The position numbers were made by a program, and so were the translations under genes. From positions 28,596-92,595 of IMG/VR virus record IMGVR_UViG_3300049139_000233: a stretch of 64,000 nt of DNA. One strand, given 5' to 3'. The notes beneath the pieces are model-generated. The model searched no databases. It worked only from the letters and a program-made list of their open reading frames with translations, and was not told where the DNA came from. The stretch's first letter is position 1. Each line of letters opens with the position of its first letter. Positions 35,186 to 43,569 of the stretch are shown one piece after another. This DNA comes from a virus.

Positions 35186-36840
35186 GTCCCGCGAGCGAGA
35201 CCCTGCAACTCCGCCCGTATCAGCGCGAGTGCATCGACGCGATCCGGGCCGCGTGGGCCGACGGGATGCAGCGGCCGGCCGTCGTGCTGGCCACCGGCAT
35301 GGGCAAGACGGTCATCTTCTCCCGCATGGCGGCCGAGCACGTCGCGGCCGAGGGGACGCGGGTCGTCATCCTCGTGCACCGCGACGAGCTGGCCGACCAG
35401 ACCCTGTCCAAGCTGAAGCAGACCGAGCCGGGCCTGTTCACCGGCAAGGTGAAGGCCGAGGCCGACAACGTCGCGGCCGACGTCATGGTTTGCTCGGTGC
35501 AGACCCTCGCCCGGGAGGCCCGGTTCAACCGGCTGGTGGATTCGCAGGAGAAGTGCGGACGGATCGGCCTGGTCATCGTGGACGAGTGCCACCACGCGGC
35601 GGCCGTCAGCTACCGCAACATCCTCGCCGGGCTCGGCTGCTACAGCGGGATGCCCGGCACCCGGGCGGTCGGCTTCACCGCGACGCTGGCGCGGGGCGAC
35701 GGCCAGGGCCTCGGCGGGGTGTGGGAGGACGCGGTCTTCACCCGCTCCCCGTTGTGGGCCATGTCCCGGGGCTACCTGACCGACGTCCGGTCCAAGTTGA
35801 TTGACGTGGACACGTTGCACCTTGGGGACGTGAAGAAGTCCCGGGGCGACTACACCGCCAGCTCCCTCGGCGACGCGATGATGGAGGCCGGCGGCCCGCA
35901 GATCATCGCCAAGGTTCTGGAGGAGCACGCGGCCGACCGCCGGTCCCCGATCGTCTTCACCCCGACGGTGGAGGTCGCGCGGGCGACGGCCGAGGCCCTG
36001 CCGAGCGCGGCGTACGTGCACGGCGGGACCCCGCGCGAGGAGCGGCTGAACATCTACCGCAAGTTCCGCACCGGCGAGGTCCGCACGCTGGTCAACTGCA
36101 TGGTGCTCACCGAGGGCGCCGACTTTCCGTTCGCCGACTGCGCTGTCGTTGCCCGGCCGACGAAGTCCGAGCCGCTGTTCATCCAGATGGTCGGCCGTGT
36201 GCTGCGGCCGTCGCCGGCGACCGGCAAGACGGACGCGCTGGTGCTCATCCTCGCCGGTGAGGGTGGATCGCTGTGCACGCTGGTCGACCTGGAGCCGGGC
36301 GCGCAGATACGGGAGGTCGCCGACGGCGAGACGCTGGCCGAGGCGTACGAGCGTGAGGAGGCACGCAAGGAGTCCAAGGTCCCGGCCGGCTCGCTGCGGT
36401 TCGAGCTGAAGCACCGGGACGTCGACCTGTTCAAGGCGTCGACCGCCTACGCGTGGCTGCGCACGGCGGGCGGTGTCCAGTTCATTCCGCTCGGCGGCAA
36501 CGGCGAGATCCTGCTGTGGCCGTCGCGGGACGGGGATGAGAAGTGGGATGTCGCCTACGCCCCGCCGCGCGGGACGTGGGAGCGGCTGCACGAGGGCCTG
36601 GACCTCGGCATGGCGATGGCCTGGGCGGAGACGGAGGCCACCGACCGTTCCAACCTGAACATGACCAAGAGCGCGTCGTGGCGGAAGAAGCCGGCGTCGG
36701 AGAAGCAGCTCCGGGTGGCCGCGTACCTGGGGTTCCAGATTCCCGAGGGTGCTCGCGCGGGCCTGGTGTCGGAGCTGATCGACCGCGCGGTTGCCTCGCG
36801 CAAGTTGGACCGTTTCCTCCCGAGCACCGAACGGGTATGA
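35182..36840 (+). CDS. SF2 DEAD/DEAH-box DNA helicase
   Basis: Motifs: LRPYQRECI, motif I LATGMGKTV, motif II VIVDECHH, FTATLARGD, CMVLTEGADFP, QMVGRVLR. Confidence 0.85.
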   Translation: MSPASETLQLRPYQRECIDAIRAAWADGMQRPAVVLATGMGKTVIFSRMAAEHVAAEGTRVVILVHRDELADQTLSKLKQTEPGLFTGKVKAEADNVAADVMVCSVQTLAREARFNRLVDSQEKCGRIGLVIVDECHHAAAVSYRNILAGLGCYSGMPGTRAVGFTATLARGDGQGLGGVWEDAVFTRSPLWAMSRGYLTDVRSKLIDVDTLHLGDVKKSRGDYTASSLGDAMMEAGGPQIIAKVLEEHAADRRSPIVFTPTVEVARATAEALPSAAYVHGGTPREERLNIYRKFRTGEVRTLVNCMVLTEGADFPFADCAVVARPTKSEPLFIQMVGRVLRPSPATGKTDALVLILAGEGGSLCTLVDLEPGAQIREVADGETLAEAYEREEARKESKVPAGSLRFELKHRDVDLFKASTAYAWLRTAGGVQFIPLGGNGEILLWPSRDGDEKWDVAYAPPRGTWERLHEGLDLGMAMAWAETEATDRSNLNMTKSASWRKKPASEKQLRVAAYLGFQIPEGARAGLVSELIDRAVASRKLDRFLPSTERV

Positions 36841-36855
36841 TTTAGTTAAACCGAC
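36836..36855 (+). promoter_or_regulatory. P-box core only
   Basis: TATGATTTAGTTAAACCGAC overlaps the helicase stop codon. There is no GGGTTG block. Confidence 0.4.
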
Positions 36856-36873
36856 AGGAGTGAGGAACACGGA

Positions 36874-37152
36874 ATGGACGAGACGGAGATCCCTCTCCGC
36901 AGCAAGGACGCAGACCCCGACGATCGCGTGGATGCCGTCCGCGAGGAACTGAGCGAATTCCACACGGACATCGTCATGCAGCGCGAGGACACGGCGCTCC
37001 GAGCGGGGCGCATCGTCGCCTCGGTGGAGCTGTCCACCTACCGCGAGGTGGCGGACCACCTGCGCAGCCAGGGCCTGGTGGACCTTGCCGACCACTACGC
37101 GGCCAAGGCCGACCGGGCCGAGGTGCAGTGCTCGCTGAAGGGACACGAATGA
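36874..37152 (+). CDS. hypothetical protein (92 aa)
   Basis: ATG follows AGGAGTGAGGAACACGGA; a P-box-like element overlaps the helicase stop. Confidence 0.6.
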   Translation: MDETEIPLRSKDADPDDRVDAVREELSEFHTDIVMQREDTALRAGRIVASVELSTYREVADHLRSQGLVDLADHYAAKADRAEVQCSLKGHE

Positions 37153-37535
37153 TGGACGGGACACGGCTGCGGGCGATCGTCCGTGAGGAGATCCACCTGG
37201 CGGTGAAGACGCTGGCCGACCAGATGGATTCCAGCGACCGGGACAGCGAAGGCTACAGCTTCGAGCAGGCCGCGTCCTGGTTCGACAGCTTCGCGTACGC
37301 GGGTGCCTGCGAGGCAGCCGACGAGGCTCGGACCCGGGAGACCAACCCGTTCGAGGAAACGGCGCCTGGCGAAGCCGTGGAAGAGGCCACCAAGACGTTC
37401 GTCCACAACGAGGTTCAGAACGTCCTACGTGAACTGCGTGACGCGTTCTACATGTCCGGCCTGTCCGAGGACTACCGCATCGCCGAGCGACTGGACGGCC
37501 TCATCACGGCCCGGGAGCAGAACGCCGACGAGTGA
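37149..37535 (+). CDS. hypothetical acidic protein (128 aa)
   Basis: ATG at 37149 overlaps the upstream stop (ATGA). Confidence 0.6.
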   Translation: MMDGTRLRAIVREEIHLAVKTLADQMDSSDRDSEGYSFEQAASWFDSFAYAGACEAADEARTRETNPFEETAPGEAVEEATKTFVHNEVQNVLRELRDAFYMSGLSEDYRIAERLDGLITAREQNADE

Positions 37536-37540
37536 CACCC

Positions 37541-37565
37541 GGGCGGGGCTGCGGCGGCCCCGTCC
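37541..37565 (+). terminator. hairpin terminator
   Basis: GGGCGGGGC-tgcggcg-GCCCCGTCC. Confidence 0.5.
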
Positions 37566-37612
37566 TGACCAGGCCGTTAGGCCATTGACCAAGGAAGCAG
37601 GAAGGTACCGCA

Positions 37613-40600
37613 ATGCAGTCGACCCATGAGCGCAAGCCGTGCGGGACGTGCGGCAAGGAGTGCAGCGTCAACGCGGACGGAACGGTCCGTCACCACCTCA
37701 CCGACAACCCCGAGTTCCGGGCCGGGCCCGACAGCCGCAAGTGCAAGGGGGCCGGGCAGCCGCCCGCGACGGCCGCCGGCGTCGCCCTCGCCGAGGACAT
37801 GGAGGACGAGCAGCCCCAGTGCCGCCTGTGCAAGCACCCGGTGCAGCTCACCAGCAACGGCCGCGTGCGCAGCCACCTCACCCCGGAGGCGACGCCCCGG
37901 CCCTGCCCCGGCGGCAGCGACTTCCCGCTCGGGACGTACCCGGACATGGTCGGCACGACGGACGGCCTCGTCGCCTCCCTCGCGTTCGACTGCGAGCACC
38001 GGGAGATCGGCGCCTGCCACGACTGCCACGCGGCACGGAGCGGGGCCCCGGACGACATCAGCCAGGGGCGGCCGGCCGACGCGGACCACGACCACGTGCC
38101 CGGCACGGACGACTACGGGGCGACCGCGTGCATCGTCTGCGGGCTCGTCCTCGCGGAACGGCCTACCGCGCCGTGGGGTGTGGACCCGGGCGCCGCGCAG
38201 CAGCCGACGATGGCCGACCAGTTCAAGGCGTCCCCGCTCGCGGCGGTGCTGGAGCGGGAGACCGCCGGCGCCGGGACCGTGCTGGACGCGATGGACGGCG
38301 ACACCCGCAGCGAAGCCGAGCGGTTCGCGGGCGCGGCCGTCCCAACGCAGCCGACTGCGCAAGCGACGTGCACGCACGACCGATACGAGAACTTCGGCCC
38401 CAAGGCGGGAGTGCGCTGCGTCTCCTGCAACGCCAAGCACCCCGACCCGCACGCCTACGAGGCCGCCGTGGCCATCGCCACCGTGGAAGCGGAGAAGGCG
38501 CAGCGGCAGGCCGCCGCACTGCCTGTCGGCGAGACCGAGGACGGCCGCCCGTGCGACCACTCCGACGGCCTGTTCGGCATGGAGGACGGGAAGACCGTGT
38601 GCGTCGCCTGCGGGACGCCGTGCACCCACCCGGACGGGTTCACCGAGAACGACCCGGCGGAGGACGACGGGGAGGGGCTGATCTACACCTGCGCCATCTG
38701 CGGCAGCGTGGAGCCGTCTGGCCCGGACCCCGAACTGCCCAACTGCCCGCACCCGGAGACGCACCGCGCGGGCTGCGGCTGCCCGGACGACGACGACAGC
38801 GCCGGGCAGTTCGGCCCCGACGAGGATCCGCAGGTGCGTCTCGGCGAGCTGGACGAGGGCGACTACTTCCTTCGGCAGGGCACGCTCATGCGCCTGGCCG
38901 AGCGGGAGTCGAGCAGTTCGGTGCTGGCCGAGGTGATGGACGGCCCGCACAAGGGCCGCACTGGCGAACTGAAAAACCTCAACGAGGTGGTGCAGCGGGC
39001 GCCCGCTCCCGAGGACGGCGGGAAGCACGCCGTGGCCGACGACAGTGATGACCCGGAACACGCGGACGACTGCCCCGGGTGCCCGAACGACACCGGCCCG
39101 GTGCTGCTCGGGGACCTGGAGGTCGGCGAGCACTTCGTCCGGCGCGGCACGGTCATGCGCGTCACCGACACACTCAGCGGCGACGTCCACGCCGTCGTCG
39201 TGGAAGGGCCGCACAAAGGCCGCGAAGGCGTGCTGCCCAACAACCACGAGACGGTGGAGCGCACGCACTGCCGCCACCGCTTCACCTGGGCCGACGACGG
39301 CCATTGGGGCCACAGCGGAACGTTCTGCGACTACTGCGGCAAGGAACAGGAGACCAAGGAATGCACGGACGACAGGAAGCCGCAGCAGCGGCCCGCTTCC
39401 TCGGCGGAATCGACGCCGGCAACGACCAGCCCGACCACGGCCCCTGGTTCCCCGCAGCGTACGAAGGGGAGTGCTCCGGCTGTTTCGCCGAAATCGCAAT
39501 CGGTGACACCATCCGCGCCGACGGCGAGGGCGGCTGGGAACGGCGGGAGTGCTGCGGTGACGAATGACCAGCAGGCGGCAGCGGCAGCGGCGTTCCTCGG
39601 CAGCGGCCAGCCGGCGGCCCCGGTGGCAGCGGGCCCGGCGGACCAGGCGAGCGCGGCGGCGCAGTTCCTCGCCGGTGCCGGCGGGACCCGGGGCGAGGAC
39701 GAGACCAAGCGCGACCGGTACGGCCGCTACCTCATCCCGCACCCGGACACCGGCAAGGAGCAGGCGTGGACCCGGGCGACGACGTTCGCCAAGTCGATCA
39801 GCGACACGTACGCCCTGTCGCAGTGGGGTCTGCGTATGGCGCTGCTCGGGGCGACGCAGCGGCCGGACATCGTGCGGCGGGCGCACGGCAAGCACGTCAA
39901 GGCGGACAAGAAGCTGCTGGACGAGCTGACTGCGGAACTGAAGGACGCGGCTGGCGCCAAGGTCGCGGCCAATGACGGCACGGCGATGCACTCCTTCACG
40001 GAGCTGGCCGACCGCGCCTGGCACTCGCCGGGCGGACCCCGCAGCGTGCTCGGCCAGGTCCCGGAGGACTGCCGGGAGATGGTGGAGACGTACATCCGCC
40101 TGCTGGAGGAGACGGGCCTGGAGCCCGTGTCGGGACTCATCGAGTTCACGACGGTCGTCAAGCAGTACGGCGTGGCCGGGACGTCGGACAACTGCTACCG
40201 GGTGACGAGGCCGCTGAAGCTGAAGATCGGCCGGGCCGAGGTGCACCTGTCTCCCGGTGAGTACGTGATCGGCGACAAGAAGACCGGCAAGGATCTCGAT
40301 TACGGGTGGCAGGAGATCGTCATTCAGCTCGCCACCTACGCGCAGGGCCTCAACACGGCCGGGGTGTGGGACCGCAGGAACGAGGTGTGGATTCCGGACC
40401 CGTTGAACGGCGGGAAGGTCCGGCTGGATGCCGGGGTCGTCGTGCACCTGCCGGTGGACAAGGAGTCGGAGAAGACGCCGACGGTGTACGGCATCGACCT
40501 GGAGTCCGGCTGGAACGCGGCGGTGCTGTGCGAGCGCGTGAGGGCCTGGCGCAAGGTGCGCACCCTCGCCTCCCCGGTGATGGTCTCCGAGGCGGAGACG

Positions 40601-40858
40601 TTCGCCCCGTCCCGGCCGGCGGCCGTGGTCAAGGCGGCCCCGATGGCCGGTGACTACGACCCGGACACCGGCGTCACCTCGCGGACGACGGTCCGGCCGC
40701 CGACCCTTGCGGACCGGGCTCAGGCGGTCACGTCCAAGACCGAGGCGTCGGCGGTGTGGACGGACGCACGGGCCGCCGGACTGCCGGACGCGGAGGTGGA
40801 CCGGCTGGTCGCCGTCATGCAGAGCCGGCTGAAGAAACTGGCCGAACCCGGGGGCTGA
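37613..40858 (+). CDS. 1081-aa ORF as read: Cys-rich Zn-ribbon repeat protein (about 37613-39364) joined to a PD-(D/E)xK RecB/Cas4-like exonuclease (about 39557-40858); probably an artefactual or recent fusion
   Basis: The N-terminal part has many CxxC pairs and repeats of ...G.VR.HLT. The C-terminal part has GTSDNCY...VIGDKKTGK...QLATYA (D...DxK...QxxxY). The connecting 64 codons are Ser/Pro/Thr/Ala junk, while a different frame looks coding there. See findings. Confidence 0.55.
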   Translation: MQSTHERKPCGTCGKECSVNADGTVRHHLTDNPEFRAGPDSRKCKGAGQPPATAAGVALAEDMEDEQPQCRLCKHPVQLTSNGRVRSHLTPEATPRPCPGGSDFPLGTYPDMVGTTDGLVASLAFDCEHREIGACHDCHAARSGAPDDISQGRPADADHDHVPGTDDYGATACIVCGLVLAERPTAPWGVDPGAAQQPTMADQFKASPLAAVLERETAGAGTVLDAMDGDTRSEAERFAGAAVPTQPTAQATCTHDRYENFGPKAGVRCVSCNAKHPDPHAYEAAVAIATVEAEKAQRQAAALPVGETEDGRPCDHSDGLFGMEDGKTVCVACGTPCTHPDGFTENDPAEDDGEGLIYTCAICGSVEPSGPDPELPNCPHPETHRAGCGCPDDDDSAGQFGPDEDPQVRLGELDEGDYFLRQGTLMRLAERESSSSVLAEVMDGPHKGRTGELKNLNEVVQRAPAPEDGGKHAVADDSDDPEHADDCPGCPNDTGPVLLGDLEVGEHFVRRGTVMRVTDTLSGDVHAVVVEGPHKGREGVLPNNHETVERTHCRHRFTWADDGHWGHSGTFCDYCGKEQETKECTDDRKPQQRPASSAESTPATTSPTTAPGSPQRTKGSAPAVSPKSQSVTPSAPTARAAGNGGSAAVTNDQQAAAAAAFLGSGQPAAPVAAGPADQASAAAQFLAGAGGTRGEDETKRDRYGRYLIPHPDTGKEQAWTRATTFAKSISDTYALSQWGLRMALLGATQRPDIVRRAHGKHVKADKKLLDELTAELKDAAGAKVAANDGTAMHSFTELADRAWHSPGGPRSVLGQVPEDCREMVETYIRLLEETGLEPVSGLIEFTTVVKQYGVAGTSDNCYRVTRPLKLKIGRAEVHLSPGEYVIGDKKTGKDLDYGWQEIVIQLATYAQGLNTAGVWDRRNEVWIPDPLNGGKVRLDAGVVVHLPVDKESEKTPTVYGIDLESGWNAAVLCERVRAWRKVRTLASPVMVSEAETFAPSRPAAVVKAAPMAGDYDPDTGVTSRTTVRPPTLADRAQAVTSKTEASAVWTDARAAGLPDAEVDRLVAVMQSRLKKLAEPGG
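39361..39567 (+). CDS. embedded small gene (68 aa) in the -1 frame of the 1081-aa ORF
   Basis: ATG follows CAAGGAACAGGAGACCAAGGA. Sequence: MHGRQEAAAAARFLGGIDAGNDQPDHGPWFPAAYEGECSGCFAEIAIGDTIRADGEGGWERRECCGDE. The AAAAxFLGG peptide motif recurs twice in the downstream exonuclease frame. Confidence 0.45.
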   Translation: MHGRQEAAAAARFLGGIDAGNDQPDHGPWFPAAYEGECSGCFAEIAIGDTIRADGEGGWERRECCGDE

Positions 40859-40861
40859 AGA

Positions 40862-40877
40862 GGGTTTAACTAAATCC
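40862..40877 (+). promoter_or_regulatory. P-box core only
   Basis: GGGTTTAACTAAATCC, 4 nt after the exonuclease stop, at the head of the 418-bp non-coding region. Confidence 0.4.
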
Positions 40878-41246
40878 TCCGAGCGGGTATCATAAAAGCA
40901 CACGGAACAGCCCAACTCCGGGTGATCCAAGCATTAGTGACATTCCGTCACAGACTCACCCGAAGCCAACTCCACAGAGACCGCCCCGGCCGGATCACCG
41001 ATCTCACGCCAGCCGGCCGGGGCCCACGGAAGACCCGACGACGCACCAGCCGTGCGGCAAGTAGCCCGAGGGCGAAACACCTACAGCGGCGGTCGGCTCG
41101 GGGTCTGGCGGCGGCCGTAAAACGCTGGCAGCGCGGGACGTCAGGGAAGAGGGCCAAGGCCCTCGCTATACCGGGGTGCAAGTCCCCGGCCGCGCACCGG
41201 AGCCACGCACCACCGGCTCCCCTCCCCGCCGTCGGCGACGGAGGAC
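40878..41246 (+). ncRNA. candidate structured RNA / long 5' leader upstream of the SSB-like gene
   Basis: There is no credible ORF. GC is visibly lower in 40880-40980. Hairpins: 40937..40951 (GTGAC-attcc-GTCAC), 40984..41022 (10-bp stem CCCCGGCCGG/CCGGCCGGGG) and 41172..41188 (CGGGG-TGCAAGT-CCCCG, T-arm-like). Confidence 0.3.
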
Positions 41247-41275
41247 ACAGGATCACAGGCAGACAGGATCACAGG
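41247..41275 (+). repeat. two direct copies of ACAGGATCACAGG abutting the start codon at 41277
   Basis: Copies at 41247..41259 and 41263..41275. Confidence 0.8.
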
Positions 41276-41276
41276 A

Positions 41277-41858
41277 ATGACCACTGCAACGCAGACCGAC
41301 CCGTTCGCCCCCGGACAGGCGTTCACCCCGGGCCGGGCCAAGACGGCCACCGACTTCCTGATGGGCGGCGGGACCCTGTCCTGCCAGTTCCCGACGAAGG
41401 GCACGGAGTACGCCGGCACCATCACGGAGATGTCCGTGGAGGTCCAGCGCGACTACGACGACCCGTCCAAGGTGCTCACCTGGAACGACGGCACCGCCCG
41501 TCAGCAGCTCCGGGTCGTCCTGGAGGGCACCGGCTACACGAAGAAGTACGACGGTGACACCGAGGAGTGGGTGGACACCGACGACACCGACGACGGCTCG
41601 CGCGCCCTGTACGTCAAGGGCCAGATGGCCAAGGCGTTCCGCGACGCCGTCCGCAAGTCGGGCGCCAAGGAGCCCGAGGTCGGCGGGTACCTGAAGGTCA
41701 CGTACGTCACCAACGGCCAGCGCAAGGAGGGCAGCCGGGGCAAGCCGCCGAAGAACTACGCGGTCGAGTACCTGCCCCCGTCCAAGAACCCGAAGGCGGC
41801 CGGCGACTTCCTCGCCGGCGGGGAGGGTGGTGGCGCGCCGAACCCGTTCGGCGACTGA
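41277..41858 (+). CDS. putative ssDNA-binding protein (SSB-like); function uncertain
   Basis: 193 aa. Position between recombination nuclease and resolvase. Gly-rich C-terminus ending in NPFGD (SSB-like tail). Confidence 0.4.
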   Translation: MTTATQTDPFAPGQAFTPGRAKTATDFLMGGGTLSCQFPTKGTEYAGTITEMSVEVQRDYDDPSKVLTWNDGTARQQLRVVLEGTGYTKKYDGDTEEWVDTDDTDDGSRALYVKGQMAKAFRDAVRKSGAKEPEVGGYLKVTYVTNGQRKEGSRGKPPKNYAVEYLPPSKNPKAAGDFLAGGEGGGAPNPFGD

Positions 41859-41883
41859 CCCGATCCACGGCACAATGCACAGA

Positions 41884-41918
41884 GGAAACCCCCGGGCAGG
41901 GCGCGCCCGGGGGTTTCC
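41884..41918. terminator. bidirectional hairpin terminator
   Basis: GGAAACCCCCGGG / CCCGGGGGTTTCC, between the SSB-like gene and ruvC. Confidence 0.65.
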
Positions 41919-41935
41919 CCTTGCCCGGCATCATG

Positions 41936-42502
41936 TCAGGCCGCCACGCGCCGGCGCCGCTTGGGCCGCGCCGGGAGCGGAGCGAGGACGGCGGCGGAGT
42001 CCGCGACGCGCGGCCAGGCGACCTTCCGCAGGGCCTCGGTGTGCGCCTTCGGCAGCTCCACCACCGGCGCTCCGTATGCGGCGTGACCTGCGGCCCGGAG
42101 CCAGGCCGCGTCGCATTCGTTGTCGTCGGTGAACTCCCGGCCCATCCGCTTGAGCGCGGCCACGACCATGGCCGTCTTGTCGGCGGTGTGCCGGCCGGTG
42201 GCGAAAGTCTTCAGCGTCGAGGCGTTCACCAGGGCGTACGGAACGCCGGCGTGCATGAGGGTGAGGCGGACGACGGCGTGCACCATCGGGATGGCCTTGG
42301 CGGCGGCGCCCCGGAACATCCCCGGGTCGTCCTCCACGACGGCGAGGTCAGGGCGGCCCGCGCGCAGGGCCGCGCCGATGCGTTCCTCGATGCTCAGCAG
42401 CCGGGCGTCGCCTTCGCCCCGGGGTTTGATGACGGCGGTCGAGCCGTCGGGGAAGGCCACTCCGGTGGCCGTCATCGACAGGTCCAGTCCCATGATCCGC
42501 AT
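41936..42502 (-). CDS. ruvC: RuvC-like Holliday junction resolvase
   Basis: MRIMGLDLSMTATG (first catalytic Asp), AVVEDD, DDNECDAAWLR. Confidence 0.8.
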   Translation of the reverse strand: MRIMGLDLSMTATGVAFPDGSTAVIKPRGEGDARLLSIEERIGAALRAGRPDLAVVEDDPGMFRGAAAKAIPMVHAVVRLTLMHAGVPYALVNASTLKTFATGRHTADKTAMVVAALKRMGREFTDDNECDAAWLRAAGHAAYGAPVVELPKAHTEALRKVAWPRVADSAAVLAPLPARPKRRRRVAA

Positions 42503-42523
42503 TCCTTGGTCCTCCGTCCGCAG

Positions 42524-42548
42524 GTCATTTCACTAAATCAGACATACC
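42524..42548 (-). promoter_or_regulatory. P-box variant
   Basis: Minus strand reads GGTATGTCTGATTTAGTGAAATGAC, upstream of ruvC. Confidence 0.4.
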
Positions 42549-42668
42549 CGATACGCTGTGCCGTCACGCCCGCCCGGACCTGCGCCGAAGACGGCCAAAC
42601 CCTGGCGGTGGCCAAAGCATCCCGACGGGTACGCTCGGGACAGGACCACGGACTGAGGAGACGAGACC

Positions 42669-43139
42669 ATGACGAGCCCTGCACCCCTGCCCGGACTGGA
42701 GTCCGTCGGCAAGAGCGGCACCTGGACGATCGCGGACCAGCACGGAAAGAAGATCACCATCACCGGGGAGCTGCTGGGGCTCGGGTCCAGCCAGCGGCCC
42801 CGGCACCAGAACCACCCCGACACCGACTACGCGCCGCGCCGCGTCCACTGCTCCACCTGCCGCTGGACCGAGATCCGCATCTTCGCCGTGGACTCCCAGG
42901 AGGACAACCCGTCGCCGCTGCCGTACCTGGTGGTCAAGCGCGGTGCGTCCGCCGTCCCCGGGGAGAAGGACTTCATCGAGTGGGAGGGCCTGATCACAGG
43001 CGACGAGGTGCTGGAGCTGCTGACCACGCGCCGGGGCACCGACGCGTTCCTGACCGCGCCGGCGTCCCGCGCCTGCTCGCAGGCCGCCGCGTTCGACCCG
43101 GGCATGCGCGACGCCTGGCAGAACCGTGCGGTGAAGTGA
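42669..43139 (+). CDS. hypothetical protein (156 aa)
   Basis: Balanced composition; GAGGAGACGAGACC precedes the ATG. Confidence 0.6.
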   Translation: MTSPAPLPGLESVGKSGTWTIADQHGKKITITGELLGLGSSQRPRHQNHPDTDYAPRRVHCSTCRWTEIRIFAVDSQEDNPSPLPYLVVKRGASAVPGEKDFIEWEGLITGDEVLELLTTRRGTDAFLTAPASRACSQAAAFDPGMRDAWQNRAVK

Positions 43140-43218
43140 CGCCCGTCCCGTTCGGTGCCGGCGCGGGTCGCTGGTACCGTCCCCGGCCGCAATGCAGCCG
43201 GACGAAGGGGCGGGTGAG

Positions 43219-43506
43219 ATGGGCAAGCACAGCGCGCAGCGCATCCCGGTCAGGGACCTGCGCCGGGCGTACGTGAGTCTGCGCGAGGCGTACGAACGAC
43301 TGCTGCGGGACCACCTGGAACTGAAGAACGGCACTCCCGGCCTGCTGGACTCCACGTCCGGCGGGCCGTTGTCGTCCGGGGCGGAGGTGGTCCTGTGGCA
43401 GCCGCCGCAGCATCTGGCCGTGGACCGGGAGCCGATGGACGTGGACGCGGCGTGCGACCTGGTGCGGTCCTGCGGCCTGCTGACGTCGCCGGGGGTTGAG
43501 GCATGA
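43219..43506 (+). CDS. hypothetical protein (95 aa)
   Basis: Internal ATG at 43219 follows GAAGGGG. Confidence 0.5.
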   Translation: MGKHSAQRIPVRDLRRAYVSLREAYERLLRDHLELKNGTPGLLDSTSGGPLSSGAEVVLWQPPQHLAVDREPMDVDAACDLVRSCGLLTSPGVEA

Positions 43507-43519
43507 CAGCAGCGGGAAT

Positions 43520-43539
43520 ATCGATTAAGGTAAATCATC
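43520..43539 (+). promoter_or_regulatory. P-box variant
   Basis: ATCGATTAAGGTAAATCATC, upstream of the wHTH gene. Confidence 0.4.
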
Positions 43540-43569
43540 AGACCCTGTGCGAACACCGAGGAAGGAATC

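Noticed and set aside
34801-37164. 787-aa minus ORF antisense to the helicase
   Set aside because: Junk composition, while the plus frame has all SF2 helicase motifs.
39340-39370. Programmed -1 ribosomal frameshift joining the Cys-rich protein to the embedded ORF
   Set aside because: There is no X_XXY_YYZ slippery heptamer and no obvious downstream stimulator. The ATGC-versus-ATGA junction explanation is simpler.
37577-40930. 1117-aa minus-strand ORF antisense to the Zn-ribbon/nuclease genes
   Set aside because: Extreme Arg/Gly/Pro/Ala bias and no motifs. The plus frame is convincingly coding.
41131-41198. tRNA-like element (acceptor-like pairing GCGCGG/CCGCGC plus a T-arm-like hairpin)
   Set aside because: It is only about 66 nt. 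The putative anticodon loop is 6 nt, there is no D-arm, a G occupies the Psi55 position, and there is a mismatch at the base of the acceptor stem. I kept it only as part of the candidate structured RNA.
41140-41215. Resemblance to a cobalamin riboswitch core (AGGGAAG...GGTGCAAGTCC...GCCAC)
   Set aside because: The similarity is partial and from memory. The B12-box/CCCGCCACTG segment is not matched, and the downstream gene is not B12-related. It needs an Infernal search before any claim.
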